This document shows positions 10,041 to 20,111 of a stretch of DNA of 64,000 nt, piece after piece. The stretch is taken from positions 32,001 through 96,000 of the IMG/VR virus record IMGVR_UViG_3300027971_000029, one strand, 5' to 3'. The notes beneath the pieces were generated by a model. That model saw only the letters and a program-made list of their open reading frames with translations, searched no databases and was not told the DNA's origin. Position numbers and translations under genes: made by a program. Source of the DNA: a virus. Its lineage: Duplodnaviria; Caudoviricetes. Position 1 is the first letter of the stretch. The number at the start of each line of letters is the position of its first letter.

Positions 10041-11029
10041 TAGTATCCCTCTTTGACTTTTTCTTTGGTGATGAATTCCAACTCTTTGAATGACAGTTGC
10101 AAACGAATGTATACTGGCATACCATCTTTGAATGTTATATAACCATTAGGTGCATAATCGACATTCAATCTGTCTAAAACACAACTTGATATTCTTCCTA
10201 AATTTTTATTTGAAAATCCAATATCAAAAGTAGCTGGTGGTACAAAGTAACGACCACTATATCCACCTAAGATTTCTGGTGCTGAGTGAAATTTTAATGC
10301 ACCAATAATGTCGATAACATTTTTTGCTTCTTTAGATGATTTTGGTGCAAATGTAAAGTCGAATTGAAATGCTCTTAGTTTAGGTGAAACATACAAAACT
10401 TCAATTTGAGGATTTACTGCATAACCAGTAAGACCCATAGCAATTTGTGTTTTGGCACCACCACCCATCGCTTCGCCAGCGGCTTCAGCGGCCGCTGGAA
10501 GTAGACTTGTTAATACTCCACCTTTTTGTCCATTCTGTACATTATCAGTTTTTGAGAATGCGCCTGTGATACCTTGAGCCGCTTGAAGAGCAACACCAAG
10601 TTCGTCAGTCAAACTTACTTCTTTCCAATCTTGTGAAAAATCCCATGTTAGTGTGTCTGGCATATGCAATCTGATTGACTGAGTAATTCTATTTGTCTTC
10701 TGTCCTAAACTTAAAGCGGGAGCCGCACCTTCAACTTTCTCACCATCACCACCACCTTTACTTCCTCCAATTTCAACTACTGTCGTAACATCTCGACCGG
10801 CTGCCGCTGCCGCAACTTTGTTATCACCCGCCTGACCACGACTTCCAGTATATGCAGTTCCTGCACCAGCAGTGAATCTCGACTTACCTTGAATGTTTAT
10901 GCCGATGCTAAAGAAATGAGAGTTACCACCACCGCCCAAATCAGCAGGGTAAGTTTTACTTTCAAAAGCAAAAGGTTGCTCCTCAATCGGAGATGCTGGA
11001 CCTGAGGCTGTAGTTGGTTCAATTGCCAT
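10040..11029 (-). CDS. Baseplate tail-tube cap gp48
   Basis: NPQIEVLY..LRAFQFDFTFAPKS.KEA..LSFKELE. Confidence 0.85.
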   Translation of the reverse strand: MAIEPTTASGPASPIEEQPFAFESKTYPADLGGGGNSHFFSIGINIQGKSRFTAGAGTAYTGSRGQAGDNKVAAAAAGRDVTTVVEIGGSKGGGDGEKVEGAAPALSLGQKTNRITQSIRLHMPDTLTWDFSQDWKEVSLTDELGVALQAAQGITGAFSKTDNVQNGQKGGVLTSLLPAAAEAAGEAMGGGAKTQIAMGLTGYAVNPQIEVLYVSPKLRAFQFDFTFAPKSSKEAKNVIDIIGALKFHSAPEILGGYSGRYFVPPATFDIGFSNKNLGRISSCVLDRLNVDYAPNGYITFKDGMPVYIRLQLSFKELEFITKEKVKEGY

Positions 11030-11072
11030 TTTCTTGTTCTATTAGTAGATATATAAAAGATGAGTGATAAAC

Positions 11073-11080
11073 TATTTATA
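11073..11080 (-). promoter_or_regulatory. T4-type late promoter TATAAATA for the gp48-gp5 operon
   Basis: Exact TATAAATA on the - strand about 44 nt upstream of gp48. Confidence 0.7.
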
Positions 11081-11511
11081 TGGCATACAGAGGCAGATTC
11101 TACCCAAAACATCCTTTAAAGTATAAAGGTGATCCAAACAAAATCATATATCGTTCTTCATGGGAAGTTCGAGTGATGAAGTATTTGGATGAGAATGATG
11201 GTGTTGTCTGGTGGGCAAGTGAGGAAATGAATGTCAAGTACATCTCACCTGTTGATGGTCGTGTGCATAGATACTTTCCTGACTTTGTTGTTAAGGTAAG
11301 AAGGAAAGATAACTCTTCTACAATCTTCATGCTTGAAGTTAAACCTGAAGCACAAACTAAGTTAAGACAACCTAAAAGAGTCACTAAGCAATACATTAAT
11401 GAAGCGGCAACATACGCTGTTAATCAAGCTAAGTGGAAATATGCTGAAGAGTTCTGTAAAGACCATGGATGGGTATTCAGAGTGGTAACAGAGAAGGACT
11501 TAGGAATCTAA
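11080..11511 (+). CDS. Head completion nuclease gp4
   Basis: MAYRGRF.PK.P.KYKGD..IIYRSSWE..HRYFPDF..EVKP..NQAKW. Confidence 0.93.
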   Translation: MAYRGRFYPKHPLKYKGDPNKIIYRSSWEVRVMKYLDENDGVVWWASEEMNVKYISPVDGRVHRYFPDFVVKVRRKDNSSTIFMLEVKPEAQTKLRQPKRVTKQYINEAATYAVNQAKWKYAEEFCKDHGWVFRVVTEKDLGI

Positions 11512-11596
11512 TTAACTTCAAACCGGACACAGTTACTTATAAGATGGGTATCAGTCAGACCAGGCAATGATGTTATCAATGTGGTTACAATGTGAG

Positions 11597-11604
11597 TATA
11601 AATA
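11597..11604 (+). promoter_or_regulatory. T4-type late promoter TATAAATA
   Basis: Exact octamer 5 nt before ATG 11610. Confidence 0.75.
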
Positions 11605-11609
11605 GTCTT

Positions 11610-12188
11610 ATGGCATATCTAATTGACAGAATCAATCAACAACTAGCAAAAGAGGGTATCAAGCCAAGAACTGATGCCGCTCGGGCATGGTTACGCCAAG
11701 AGGTCGCTAATCTAAATCCTAGTCGTTCAGCAATGATGCGAGACCGTGAAAAGTTGCGTAATAGAACAATGATTGGTAGAATGTACTTTTATTTTTACGA
11801 CCCTAAACATAAAGCTACACTACCATACTACGATAGATTTCCTCTTGTTTTGCCAGTCGAAAGATATGCCGATGGATTCTTGGGATTGAATCTTCATTAC
11901 ATTCACCCAAAACAACGAATCATTTTACTTGACAAATTGAGTGACTTTGCGACAAATTCAAAATACGATGAAACAACTAGATTACGATTGACATATGCCA
12001 CATTGGCAAGTGCAACAAAAGCCTTTGAGGCTACACCGTGTATTAAGAGATATTTGTTTAATCATGTTGAAAGTAGATTTTTAGAAATTACAGCAGACAA
12101 ATGGGACATTGCCGCTCTATTACCATTCGAATACTTTGTTGGTGCAAGCAAGAGTAAAGTATTCAAAGACTCAAGGACAAAATTTTAA
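11610..12188 (+). CDS. DNA end protector protein gp2
   Basis: GRMYFYFYDPKHK..LPYYDRFPLV..GFLGLNLHY..PCIKRYL; start moved to ATG 11610. Confidence 0.92.
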   Translation: MAYLIDRINQQLAKEGIKPRTDAARAWLRQEVANLNPSRSAMMRDREKLRNRTMIGRMYFYFYDPKHKATLPYYDRFPLVLPVERYADGFLGLNLHYIHPKQRIILLDKLSDFATNSKYDETTRLRLTYATLASATKAFEATPCIKRYLFNHVESRFLEITADKWDIAALLPFEYFVGASKSKVFKDSRTKF

Positions 12189-12922
12189 TGTTATCAGAAT
12201 TCTTAGCAGATATAAATTCAAAAAGTTATTCAAAGGCCAGTCACTTTGATGTTAGATTTCAATTGCCGGGGGCACTTGCATCTGGTGCTGGACAAGGTGG
12301 CGGCGGATTAATATCAAATAGAGATATTGCAATTCGATGCGAATCTGCTGATTTGCCAGGAAGACAATTAGTTACCATAGACAACAAAGTTTATGGACCA
12401 ATTTATAAAACTGCCTATCAATCTCTTTTCACTGATTTGAATTTAACTTTTTTAGAAACTAAAGATATGGATTTCAGATATGCTTTTGAGCGATGGATGG
12501 AATATATTCATCCAACTCTTGGAAGTAACGATGTTGAATACTATGATAGTTACACTGTGCCTATGACCATCACTCAATATGATATAGTTGGTGATATGAA
12601 TATTACAAGATATAAAGATAAATTAGTAGGTACCAAATATAAGAAGACTTTAACATATGGCATTATTGAAGCATTCCCAGTAAATATTAATCAATTGACT
12701 GGTTCATGGTCGGATGATGGTTTTCATAAATTACAAGTGTCTTTTGCATATCGAAGACATGTAATAGTTCAAGAAAAAGTGCCAGGTTTGCAAAACAGAA
12801 TACCACCAGCACCAGTTACTTCAGCACCTATAGCAGGAAGTGGTGCGGCAGGAAAACCACCAATCTTAGCATTCAATTTGCAAGGATTTCAACTTAATCG
12901 AAATATTGAAGATAATGCTTAA
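12188..12922 (+). CDS. Tail tube initiator gp54 / gp19-like
   Basis: RCESADLPGR, FERWMEYI, EAFPVNI and LQVSFAYR motifs. Confidence 0.75.
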   Translation: MLSEFLADINSKSYSKASHFDVRFQLPGALASGAGQGGGGLISNRDIAIRCESADLPGRQLVTIDNKVYGPIYKTAYQSLFTDLNLTFLETKDMDFRYAFERWMEYIHPTLGSNDVEYYDSYTVPMTITQYDIVGDMNITRYKDKLVGTKYKKTLTYGIIEAFPVNINQLTGSWSDDGFHKLQVSFAYRRHVIVQEKVPGLQNRIPPAPVTSAPIAGSGAAGKPPILAFNLQGFQLNRNIEDNA

Positions 12923-12952
12923 TTATAAACTGAAATGAGGAGACTTTAAACT

Positions 12953-13675
12953 ATGGCTTTACCAAAAATTGATGTGCCTATATTTGAGATGACTTTGCCT
13001 TCAACAGCCAAGTCAATCAGATATAGACCTTTTCTTGTAAAAGAAGAGAAAATATTATTGATTGCAATGCAATCCAAAGAATCGAGTGTGATGATTGAAG
13101 CAGTAAAACAAATCATCAGTAACTGCGTTGTTGATGATATCGATGTCGATGATTTATCATTGTTCGATATTGAATATCTGTTTTTAAATCTTCGTGCGAG
13201 GTCCATTGGAGAAAAGGTAGATTTGAGATATCGATGCAACAATATTGTAGATGATGCTAAGTGTAATTTTGTTTCTGAGTATCAAGTTGACTTGTTGACT
13301 ATCAGACCAAAATTTACTGAAGGTCACACAAACAAAATTCAATTGACTGATAAGATTGGTGTGTTGATGACATATCCGAAATTCACAACATTCTCAAAAG
13401 CAACCAAATTAGAAACTAATGATGAGACTGCTTTCGATATTGTTTTAGATTCTATTGAAGCGGTCTATGATGATGAAGAAGTATATTATGCAAAAGATAC
13501 GAGCAAGCAAGAGATGAGAGAATTTATTGATTCTTTGTCCACAGAGCATCTTGTGAAACTTGAACAATTTTTTGATACTATGCCAAAGATAGAAGAACAT
13601 GTTCATTTCAATTGTCCAAAATGTAACCATGAAGACGATATTATCGTCAAAGGTTTAGAAAGTTTTTTCGTTTAG
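12953..13675 (+). CDS. Baseplate hub assembly protein gp26
   Basis: MALPKID.P..RYRPFLVKEEKILL..FDIEYLFLNLRARSIGE..CPKC..GLESFF. Confidence 0.92.
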   Translation: MALPKIDVPIFEMTLPSTAKSIRYRPFLVKEEKILLIAMQSKESSVMIEAVKQIISNCVVDDIDVDDLSLFDIEYLFLNLRARSIGEKVDLRYRCNNIVDDAKCNFVSEYQVDLLTIRPKFTEGHTNKIQLTDKIGVLMTYPKFTTFSKATKLETNDETAFDIVLDSIEAVYDDEEVYYAKDTSKQEMREFIDSLSTEHLVKLEQFFDTMPKIEEHVHFNCPKCNHEDDIIVKGLESFFV

Positions 13676-13707
13676 CGTTTGGTTATGATACTCTTCAAAA
13701 CTATTTT

Positions 13708-13866
13708 ATGGTAAACTTTGCTATGATGCAACACCACAAATATAGTCTGACTGAGTTGGAAAGTATGTTACCTTGGGAGAGAGTAATATATGTCAGTTTA
13801 CTGAGCCAGCACATTCAGGAAGAGAATGAAAAAATTAAACAACTCAATGCACAAAGAAGAAGATAA
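13708..13866 (+). CDS. gp51-like baseplate hub assembly catalyst (possibly reached by -1 frameshift from gp26)
   Basis: Not in ORF track. MVNFAMMQHHKYSLTELESMLPWERVIYVSLL..EENEK; this frame is open back to 13663. Confidence 0.85.
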   Translation: MVNFAMMQHHKYSLTELESMLPWERVIYVSLLSQHIQEENEKIKQLNAQRRR

Positions 13867-16800
13867 TGGCAGAAAAAGCAATTAAAGTAGAACTATCCGA
13901 AGAAGATAGAAAAATACTTCTCGCCCAGAAAAAGGCGTTATCCGATATTCTGAAACCAGAAAAGAAGAGCAAGGGTATTGGCGCTATGGCTGCCGAAATG
14001 ATTCTTTCTGGAGAAAAGTCTTCTGTCATAGGTGCATTGGGTTCAGCAACCAAACAAAAAGCTACAGAATCTCTCCAAAATAAAACTGAACAACTTAAAG
14101 ATAAATTCGACCCACTAAACATAATTCACAGTATGTTTGGTGGCGGTGGTTTTGGTAGTGTTATGACTGCCGCCATTGGAAAAAGTATGGGTCGAGATGA
14201 AGATGATGTTCGTAAATTTGCAAGATTGGATCCAGCTGAAGATAGACCAGATGATGGTACCCCATCACAAATGCCAAGTGGTGAGGGTGGTGAAAAGAGC
14301 AATACCATGTTATCAGAAATGTTGAAGTATGTTATAAAAATTTCTGAAGACATTAGAGGATTAAAAGATTCTTCAAAAAATCAAGAAGGCCTTTTTAAAG
14401 ACCAAATTGAACTAGATGGAAAACAATTAAATCTAGAAGAGAAACAACTTGATGCCGCCAATGAAGCAAAATATGAGGCCGAGTTTGCAAAGAAAAAACC
14501 TACACCAGTGGGTGAAGATGGAAAAGATAAAAAAGAGACTAAAGAAGAAAAAGGATTCTTATCATCATTGTTAGGATTTGCTAGTGCATTGCGTATGATA
14601 GTAAGTGGTCCTTTCAAAGCCTTTGCCGCAATTTTAGGATTTGCATTATCACCTCTTCGTGCATTAGGAAAACTGCTCGGTGGTCCTTTATTGCGAGGTC
14701 TTGCGGCGGTTGGTGCCGCAGCACTTCCAGCCGCAAGAGCAATTGGTGCAAAAGCACTTGAGTATGGTGGTAAAGCAGTGACTGCCGCAACACCATATGT
14801 AAAAGCCGCAGGAGCAAAAGCACTTGAGTATGGTGGTAAAGCCTTAGAGGTCGGTAAATCAGTTGGTCGTTCAGCATTATCATATGCGGCAGAAAAAGCA
14901 CCACAACTAGTTGAAGGCGCTAAAGCATTTGGTAGTAAAGCACTTGATGTTGGTAAAAACATCGGCGCTAAAGTAGCAGAAAAAGCACCAGGTATTATAG
15001 AGGGTGTTAAGACTATGGGTGGTAAAGCACTAGAAGGTGCAAAATCACTTGGCGGTAAAGCATTGGAATCTGTAGGTCTTAAAGCCGCCGCACCAAAACC
15101 AGGATTTTTAACAGCGTTTGGTGAAGTGGGTGCAAAACGAGCCGCTGCCGCTGGTGCTGAGACAGCAGGTAAAGAAGGTATTGCCGCACTGATTAAAAAA
15201 GCGATTGCAAAAAGAGTTCCTAAAGCAGTTGGTTCTGCACTTGGAAAATCAGTACCATTTTTGGGTGCCGCTATTGGTGTTGGTTTTGCTCTTAGTCGTT
15301 TGATGGATGGTGATGTTGTTGGTGCTGGATTAGAAGCAGTCTCAGGTATTGGTTCTTTTGCTACAGCAATCCCTGCAACAATAGCACTTGTTGCAAAAGA
15401 TATCTATCAAGATGTTTATGGAGTTAAACCAGAATCAGACCCACAGTTTGGTGAGAGAATTGGATTGATTCAATCAGAAACTGAAGCCGCAGTGAAAGCA
15501 GAATTTGCTGGTAAGGTTGGAGAAGAAGAGAAAAAAGGCGGTGATAAAAAAGAGGGTGATAAAAAAGAGGGTGATAAAAAAGGCAATGCACCTGAAGAAA
15601 CAAAAGTTCCAGAAGCGCCTGAATTGAAAGGTGATACAAAGCAACAGGCTCAGCGTAAATCGGCTGAAGATACTGAATCTAGTATGAAACGCAATATGAT
15701 TACGGACAGAATCAACGCCGCAGGTGAAAACGCTAATGATCCTGATGTTCTCGCTGCCGCCGAAGAGTCGCTGAAACCAGGTTCGGAGGATTTTGAGACA
15801 GGATTAAAAAATCGTAGAAAAACAAAAACTGATGGAGGATTTAAACCAAAATCAGCACCATCACAAGTATCAAATTTAATGGACGGTGGTGGAGATGCTG
15901 TTGAACCTTTACCAGAAGAATCATCTGGAACAGGAGAAGACCTTGATGCTGAGTGGAATACAGATAATTATCCAACTATGTTTTATAGTTCATTTAAATT
16001 TGGGCAAGAAGACCCTGAGAATGCTAAAAAATATAACATATATCAAAGAACTCTTTCAGAAGAGTATGCATTGAAACGAGCAAAATCTTATGGTCGTGAT
16101 AAACCAAATCAAGATGATTATGATACAACTGGTGTGAAAGCATACAAAGATTCTTTATTGAAATTTCGTAAAGAACTTACGGCTTCAGGTGCGGCACTGT
16201 TTGGTGATGCACCTGCGGCAGAAGCGGCACCAGCAACTTCGCCATCACCTCCACCAGTAGAAGCACAATCAACACCACCACAAGAATCATCATCACAAGC
16301 GGCACCAACACCATTTGCATATTCAGCAACTCCAGAAGAAGATAACAATGATTATGCGGCGCCAGTAGAACCTGCGCCAGTAGAACCTTTACCAGCTGAT
16401 GCTTTTGAAACTGGTAAATTGGCTATAAAAGGTATGGTCAATAGTGCTGTAGATATGGACAAAGGTGCTCTTGCGCCTACGCAAGAAAAGGGAGAAAGAA
16501 CAGACTTCCAAATATCAACTCCACAAGGAACATTGATATTCCCAGACCAAGCTACTTTTGAGATGTGGAAACAAAAACCACAAAATGTAAGTTTTACTGA
16601 AATCCCTCAAGGGAAGTATGCACAAATAATAGAAGACCTTGGCTCTACAAAAGAAGAAAAGTTCAATGAGTCATTCCAAATATCAACACCACAAGGTACT
16701 CTGATATTCCCTGACCAAGCTACTTACAAAGAATGGCAGACTAATACACAAAATGTAGGGTTCACTCAAGGTCCTGAAGGGAAGTATGCTAAAACATTTG

Positions 16801-17033
16801 AATCTGCTGAATTGACACCAGCACGACCAACAACTGGTGAAAAAATGATGACTCAATCTAATGAAAATACTATGGCTAAGACAGAAGCAATGACTGGTGG
16901 TAACAATACAAACACTTCAATTGTGTCTGCACCAAAAGTTACAAATGCTACTAATGTAACGAATGCTCCAATCAATGTCAGAAACAGTGAGAACACATTC
17001 GTAAGAAATCAAGATAGAGTACACTATTTCTAA
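13866..17033 (+). CDS. gp29-like baseplate hub / tape-measure protein
   Basis: 1055 aa rich in Ala/Gly/Lys helical repeats; lies after gp26/gp51 and converges on gp32. Confidence 0.6.
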   Translation: MAEKAIKVELSEEDRKILLAQKKALSDILKPEKKSKGIGAMAAEMILSGEKSSVIGALGSATKQKATESLQNKTEQLKDKFDPLNIIHSMFGGGGFGSVMTAAIGKSMGRDEDDVRKFARLDPAEDRPDDGTPSQMPSGEGGEKSNTMLSEMLKYVIKISEDIRGLKDSSKNQEGLFKDQIELDGKQLNLEEKQLDAANEAKYEAEFAKKKPTPVGEDGKDKKETKEEKGFLSSLLGFASALRMIVSGPFKAFAAILGFALSPLRALGKLLGGPLLRGLAAVGAAALPAARAIGAKALEYGGKAVTAATPYVKAAGAKALEYGGKALEVGKSVGRSALSYAAEKAPQLVEGAKAFGSKALDVGKNIGAKVAEKAPGIIEGVKTMGGKALEGAKSLGGKALESVGLKAAAPKPGFLTAFGEVGAKRAAAAGAETAGKEGIAALIKKAIAKRVPKAVGSALGKSVPFLGAAIGVGFALSRLMDGDVVGAGLEAVSGIGSFATAIPATIALVAKDIYQDVYGVKPESDPQFGERIGLIQSETEAAVKAEFAGKVGEEEKKGGDKKEGDKKEGDKKGNAPEETKVPEAPELKGDTKQQAQRKSAEDTESSMKRNMITDRINAAGENANDPDVLAAAEESLKPGSEDFETGLKNRRKTKTDGGFKPKSAPSQVSNLMDGGGDAVEPLPEESSGTGEDLDAEWNTDNYPTMFYSSFKFGQEDPENAKKYNIYQRTLSEEYALKRAKSYGRDKPNQDDYDTTGVKAYKDSLLKFRKELTASGAALFGDAPAAEAAPATSPSPPPVEAQSTPPQESSSQAAPTPFAYSATPEEDNNDYAAPVEPAPVEPLPADAFETGKLAIKGMVNSAVDMDKGALAPTQEKGERTDFQISTPQGTLIFPDQATFEMWKQKPQNVSFTEIPQGKYAQIIEDLGSTKEEKFNESFQISTPQGTLIFPDQATYKEWQTNTQNVGFTQGPEGKYAKTFESAELTPARPTTGEKMMTQSNENTMAKTEAMTGGNNTNTSIVSAPKVTNATNVTNAPINVRNSENTFVRNQDRVHYF

Positions 17034-17042
17034 AAACAAAAA

Positions 17043-17060
17043 ACCCCGCCTAGGCGGGGT
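17043..17060. terminator. Intrinsic terminator between convergent gp29-like and gp32 genes
   Basis: ACCCCGCC-TA-GGCGGGGT hairpin flanked by A/T tracts. Confidence 0.85.
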
Positions 17061-17080
17061 CAAACTTTTATAAAACTAGT

Positions 17081-17980
17081 TTATTCTTGTCCAGCCAAAG
17101 ATTTGAAATAATCCAAATCATCATCTGCTACAGACTTGCGGTCAATCCGCTCTAAATCATCTTCCGACAATTTGCGAGAGATGTCCGCAGACTCTGCCTT
17201 AGTTTTAGGTGCAACTGCACCACCATCAAAACCGAGGACCTTATCTAAACGAGCCTTTAGAACTTCATAAGACTTAAATTGTTTAGGCTCAAGGAATTCT
17301 TTGAGAGAATATTCTTGCTTCCACAATTCTTCTAGTTTAGAATCATCACCATCAAAAAGAGCAGACTTGTCCGCAAATTCTGATTTATCATAATTACGAT
17401 AGCCCTCGACATTACGAATCTTCAATTTGAAGTTAGCACCTTCCCACATGTCAAATGGATTGACAGGTGTCTCATCAGCGAATTCTGGATTCATTGCCTC
17501 TGAGATTTTATCAAAGATTTTCTTACCAAACTTGTACAGTTTGATTTGACCTTCGTTAGAAGGATTTGTTGGATCGGAAATCACCAAGATATTAGCGATG
17601 TAAGTCAACTTGCGTTTTTGCTTACGAGCAATTTCTTTGTTGGCTTCGATGCCAGAGTTCCAAAGAGTAGAGTTATACTCAGAGACTGGATCTTTTTGGT
17701 TAAGAGTAGTCAAAGAGTTTTCGATATACCAACCACCAGGACCTTGAAAGCCATGATTGAATACACGAACCCATGGCAGACCATCTTCACCATCAATAGA
17801 AGGTGCGGGTAGAAAACGAATAACAGCCATGCCATTACCTGCTTTATCTACTTCGGGTTGCCAAAAACGGGTGTCTTCTTTGGAGCCAGCCTCTACGGAC
17901 TGGTTATTAACTGATTCAACAGCCTTTGTCAATTTGTCGAATTGACTGCTATTGCGTTTGAGGTTTGCAAATGAACTCAT
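17081..17980 (-). CDS. Single-stranded DNA-binding protein gp32
   Basis: DKAGNGMAVIRFLPAP..HGFQGPGGWYIENSLTTL..GANFKLKIR. Confidence 0.96.
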   Translation of the reverse strand: MSSFANLKRNSSQFDKLTKAVESVNNQSVEAGSKEDTRFWQPEVDKAGNGMAVIRFLPAPSIDGEDGLPWVRVFNHGFQGPGGWYIENSLTTLNQKDPVSEYNSTLWNSGIEANKEIARKQKRKLTYIANILVISDPTNPSNEGQIKLYKFGKKIFDKISEAMNPEFADETPVNPFDMWEGANFKLKIRNVEGYRNYDKSEFADKSALFDGDDSKLEELWKQEYSLKEFLEPKQFKSYEVLKARLDKVLGFDGGAVAPKTKAESADISRKLSEDDLERIDRKSVADDDLDYFKSLAGQE

Positions 17981-18047
17981 ATGTATTTTCCTTTTGTATA
18001 ACGGAGTATGTTTGTATGAACGAATTATCCACAGTATGCATTATATC

Positions 18048-18650
18048 TCATATATAGACAGATTGCAAGTGGCTTTTTAAAATCTCCTGAAACTTTGCCT
18101 TATCATAATCAATGAATGGGGTATACTTAATTGCAGTCAAGCATACCTCAGGCCATCTAATTGTGTCATCGATTTTTCGACTCCACATTGGAAAGAAGCC
18201 TAGCATATCATTCAATATGCACAATGTTTCAAATTGAGTTTCTTTCCGTAATGTTCTTGTCAATAGAACAGGATATTCTCCATCTTCTACTTTCAAAATG
18301 TCATTGGGATTAGAATAATCAATAAACAATTCACGGCAGTCATTATCAAAGATATAACTGAGTGATTGATGGCTCATCAAAAACAATTTGTATATCGATT
18401 CGGCATCTTCTTCTAAGAGTTTGCCAACCCATATCTTATTGTCGATGATGAAATTTGAAACGAGAAATTTAACAAACTCTTCTCTACTATACTTCCGAGA
18501 AAGTTTGTAGAAATAGTATTTGTCTTTTCTCAATTCAAATGTCTGTACAGAAATGTTTGACTTTCCATTGTATTTGAAATAGTCATAACTCTTCTGTGTA
18601 AAATGTATCTTCAAAGAATTGTATAAAGCAAAGGCTTCATAACCAGTCAT
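18048..18650 (-). CDS. Helicase loader gp59
   Basis: YNSLKIHF..YDYFKYNGK..RKDKYYFYKLSRKY. Confidence 0.9.
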   Translation of the reverse strand: MTGYEAFALYNSLKIHFTQKSYDYFKYNGKSNISVQTFELRKDKYYFYKLSRKYSREEFVKFLVSNFIIDNKIWVGKLLEEDAESIYKLFLMSHQSLSYIFDNDCRELFIDYSNPNDILKVEDGEYPVLLTRTLRKETQFETLCILNDMLGFFPMWSRKIDDTIRWPEVCLTAIKYTPFIDYDKAKFQEILKSHLQSVYI

Positions 18651-18663
18651 AATAATTATAATC

Positions 18664-18885
18664 CTAAATTGGTAACTTCGACACCGTAGGCATCATCCTC
18701 ATTTCTTGGGCATCACTTTCAATTTTAGATTTGAGATTAGAGTTTACCAAAGATGCGGCAACTTCAATTTCAAGTCCAGTCTCTCTACAATATTCAACTA
18801 TTGCATCAATGTGATTACACCTATGTCTCCGCATCATCTCTTCAATTGCTTTTGCAAACTTCATCATTTCATCACGAGTAGGCAT
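18664..18885 (-). CDS. Late transcription coactivator gp33
   Basis: IDAIVEYC...LEIE.AASLVN..LKSKIE.DA; gp32-gp59-gp33 gene order. Confidence 0.85.
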   Translation of the reverse strand: MPTRDEMMKFAKAIEEMMRRHRCNHIDAIVEYCRETGLEIEVAASLVNSNLKSKIESDAQEMRMMPTVSKLPI

Positions 18886-18887
18886 AA

Positions 18888-19148
18888 TTATTTTTTCGCC
18901 TGAGTTGTTCCAATGATTGATGGAGTGTTATGTGATTGCATTGAAGATGCAAATGCAATACAGATAATGTCTGTGCTAGATGCATATGAGCAACGAACCG
19001 ATAATGGGTCAATACCTTTTGATATTGCACTGTCAACATTCGCCGCCATTAATTTTCTATCATTGGTGTAGAAAAAAGTCATACCACCAATCAAGGCAAG
19101 CAAAATCAAAGTGGCTGAAATTTGTAATGAAATTTTATCGATAGGCAT
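18888..19148 (-). CDS. Hypothetical membrane protein
   Basis: N-terminal TM segment; GIDPLSVRCSY. Confidence 0.6.
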   Translation of the reverse strand: MPIDKISLQISATLILLALIGGMTFFYTNDRKLMAANVDSAISKGIDPLSVRCSYASSTDIICIAFASSMQSHNTPSIIGTTQAKK

Positions 19149-19701
19149 ATTGGTTTTCCTTTAGTGTTTTAAAGTAAAAGATATGTCTACCAATCTGTGT
19201 GGTCTTGACCATATTCTTCCACTTAGGGTTTACATAATCTGCATGATAAAAAAGTGCTCCTGAAGTAGGGTCATCAATCTTTTCATAATTTGCATAGACA
19301 TATGTTGCTAAGTCTCGAATATCATTATATCTTGAATTGTATCCAGTTGTCAATACTTTAGAGGTAGAAATAGAATTATTCTTCTCTTCACACCACCATG
19401 AGAATTGACAAGTCTTTCCCACTTTCTGTTTAACAACACCACAGATGTTGTCTTCAAAATGTCCTGAATTCATTCTGTTGATTGTAACAAATGCTACAGC
19501 AAGTTGACCTTCTCTTGGTTCATATGCCGATTCAAAATAAATGTTTTCTGCTAGGCAATTAACTTGCTCTTTTGCTTTAGCGTTCAAACTAAAATAGTTT
19601 GCTGTGAAAGGTATAGATGTTTGTGAATCAGTAAAAATAAAAACTGATAAAAGTATACCTAACGAAATAATAGTACTCAAAAAGATTGAGTGTTTTAACA
19701 T
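19135..19701 (-). CDS. SleB-like cell wall hydrolase (Hydrolase_2)
   Basis: CLAENIYFES..GQLAVA.VTINR..CQFSW..GALFYHADYV.P.W..IGRHIFY. Confidence 0.9.
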   Translation of the reverse strand: MLKHSIFLSTIISLGILLSVFIFTDSQTSIPFTANYFSLNAKAKEQVNCLAENIYFESAYEPREGQLAVAFVTINRMNSGHFEDNICGVVKQKVGKTCQFSWWCEEKNNSISTSKVLTTGYNSRYNDIRDLATYVYANYEKIDDPTSGALFYHADYVNPKWKNMVKTTQIGRHIFYFKTLKENQYAYR

Positions 19702-19726
19702 TGGTTTTTCCTTTCATAGAAAAAAA

Positions 19727-19747
19727 GGGAGACCATTGCGGTCTCCC
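19727..19747 (-). terminator. Intrinsic terminator
   Basis: GGGAGACC-GCAAT-GGTCTCCC followed by a T run on the - strand. Confidence 0.85.
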
Positions 19748-19759
19748 ATAACCTTCTCT

Positions 19760-20032
19760 TTAAGAAGATTTCTTAGATACTTTTGGTTGTTCCGCAGGAA
19801 TGTTAGACACAAAACCATTAAGCACTTGTGCTTTGGCTATGATATCTACTTCTGAGGGATATGGCGGAAAACCAGGATGGGCTGGTGGGTCTTCGCCTTT
19901 GCTTTTTGAGGTATCGCATTTTGTGGACCAATCATTACTGATTTGTTCACGCTTACCAAAATAATCATCTGATAACATGTCTCTTGCCATTTTTAATAGT
20001 TCGAGACGGATTTCAAAAGGTGTCATTGACAT
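19760..20032 (-). CDS. Conserved phage hypothetical protein
   Basis: MTPFEIRLELLKMA..; TATAAATA late promoter at 20101-20108 (-). Confidence 0.7.
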   Translation of the reverse strand: MSMTPFEIRLELLKMARDMLSDDYFGKREQISNDWSTKCDTSKSKGEDPPAHPGFPPYPSEVDIIAKAQVLNGFVSNIPAEQPKVSKKSS

Positions 20033-20111
20033 AGATTTCTCCTTGTGTTGTGTAAAGTGTGTAGTGGATTATTTGAATGGGTCCCACCGAACCCATCATC
20101 TATTTATACAG

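Noticed and set aside
14381-14962. 193-aa antisense ORF within the gp29-like gene
   Set aside because: Explained by the repetitive Ala/Gly/Lys codons on the sense strand; no promoter or SD.
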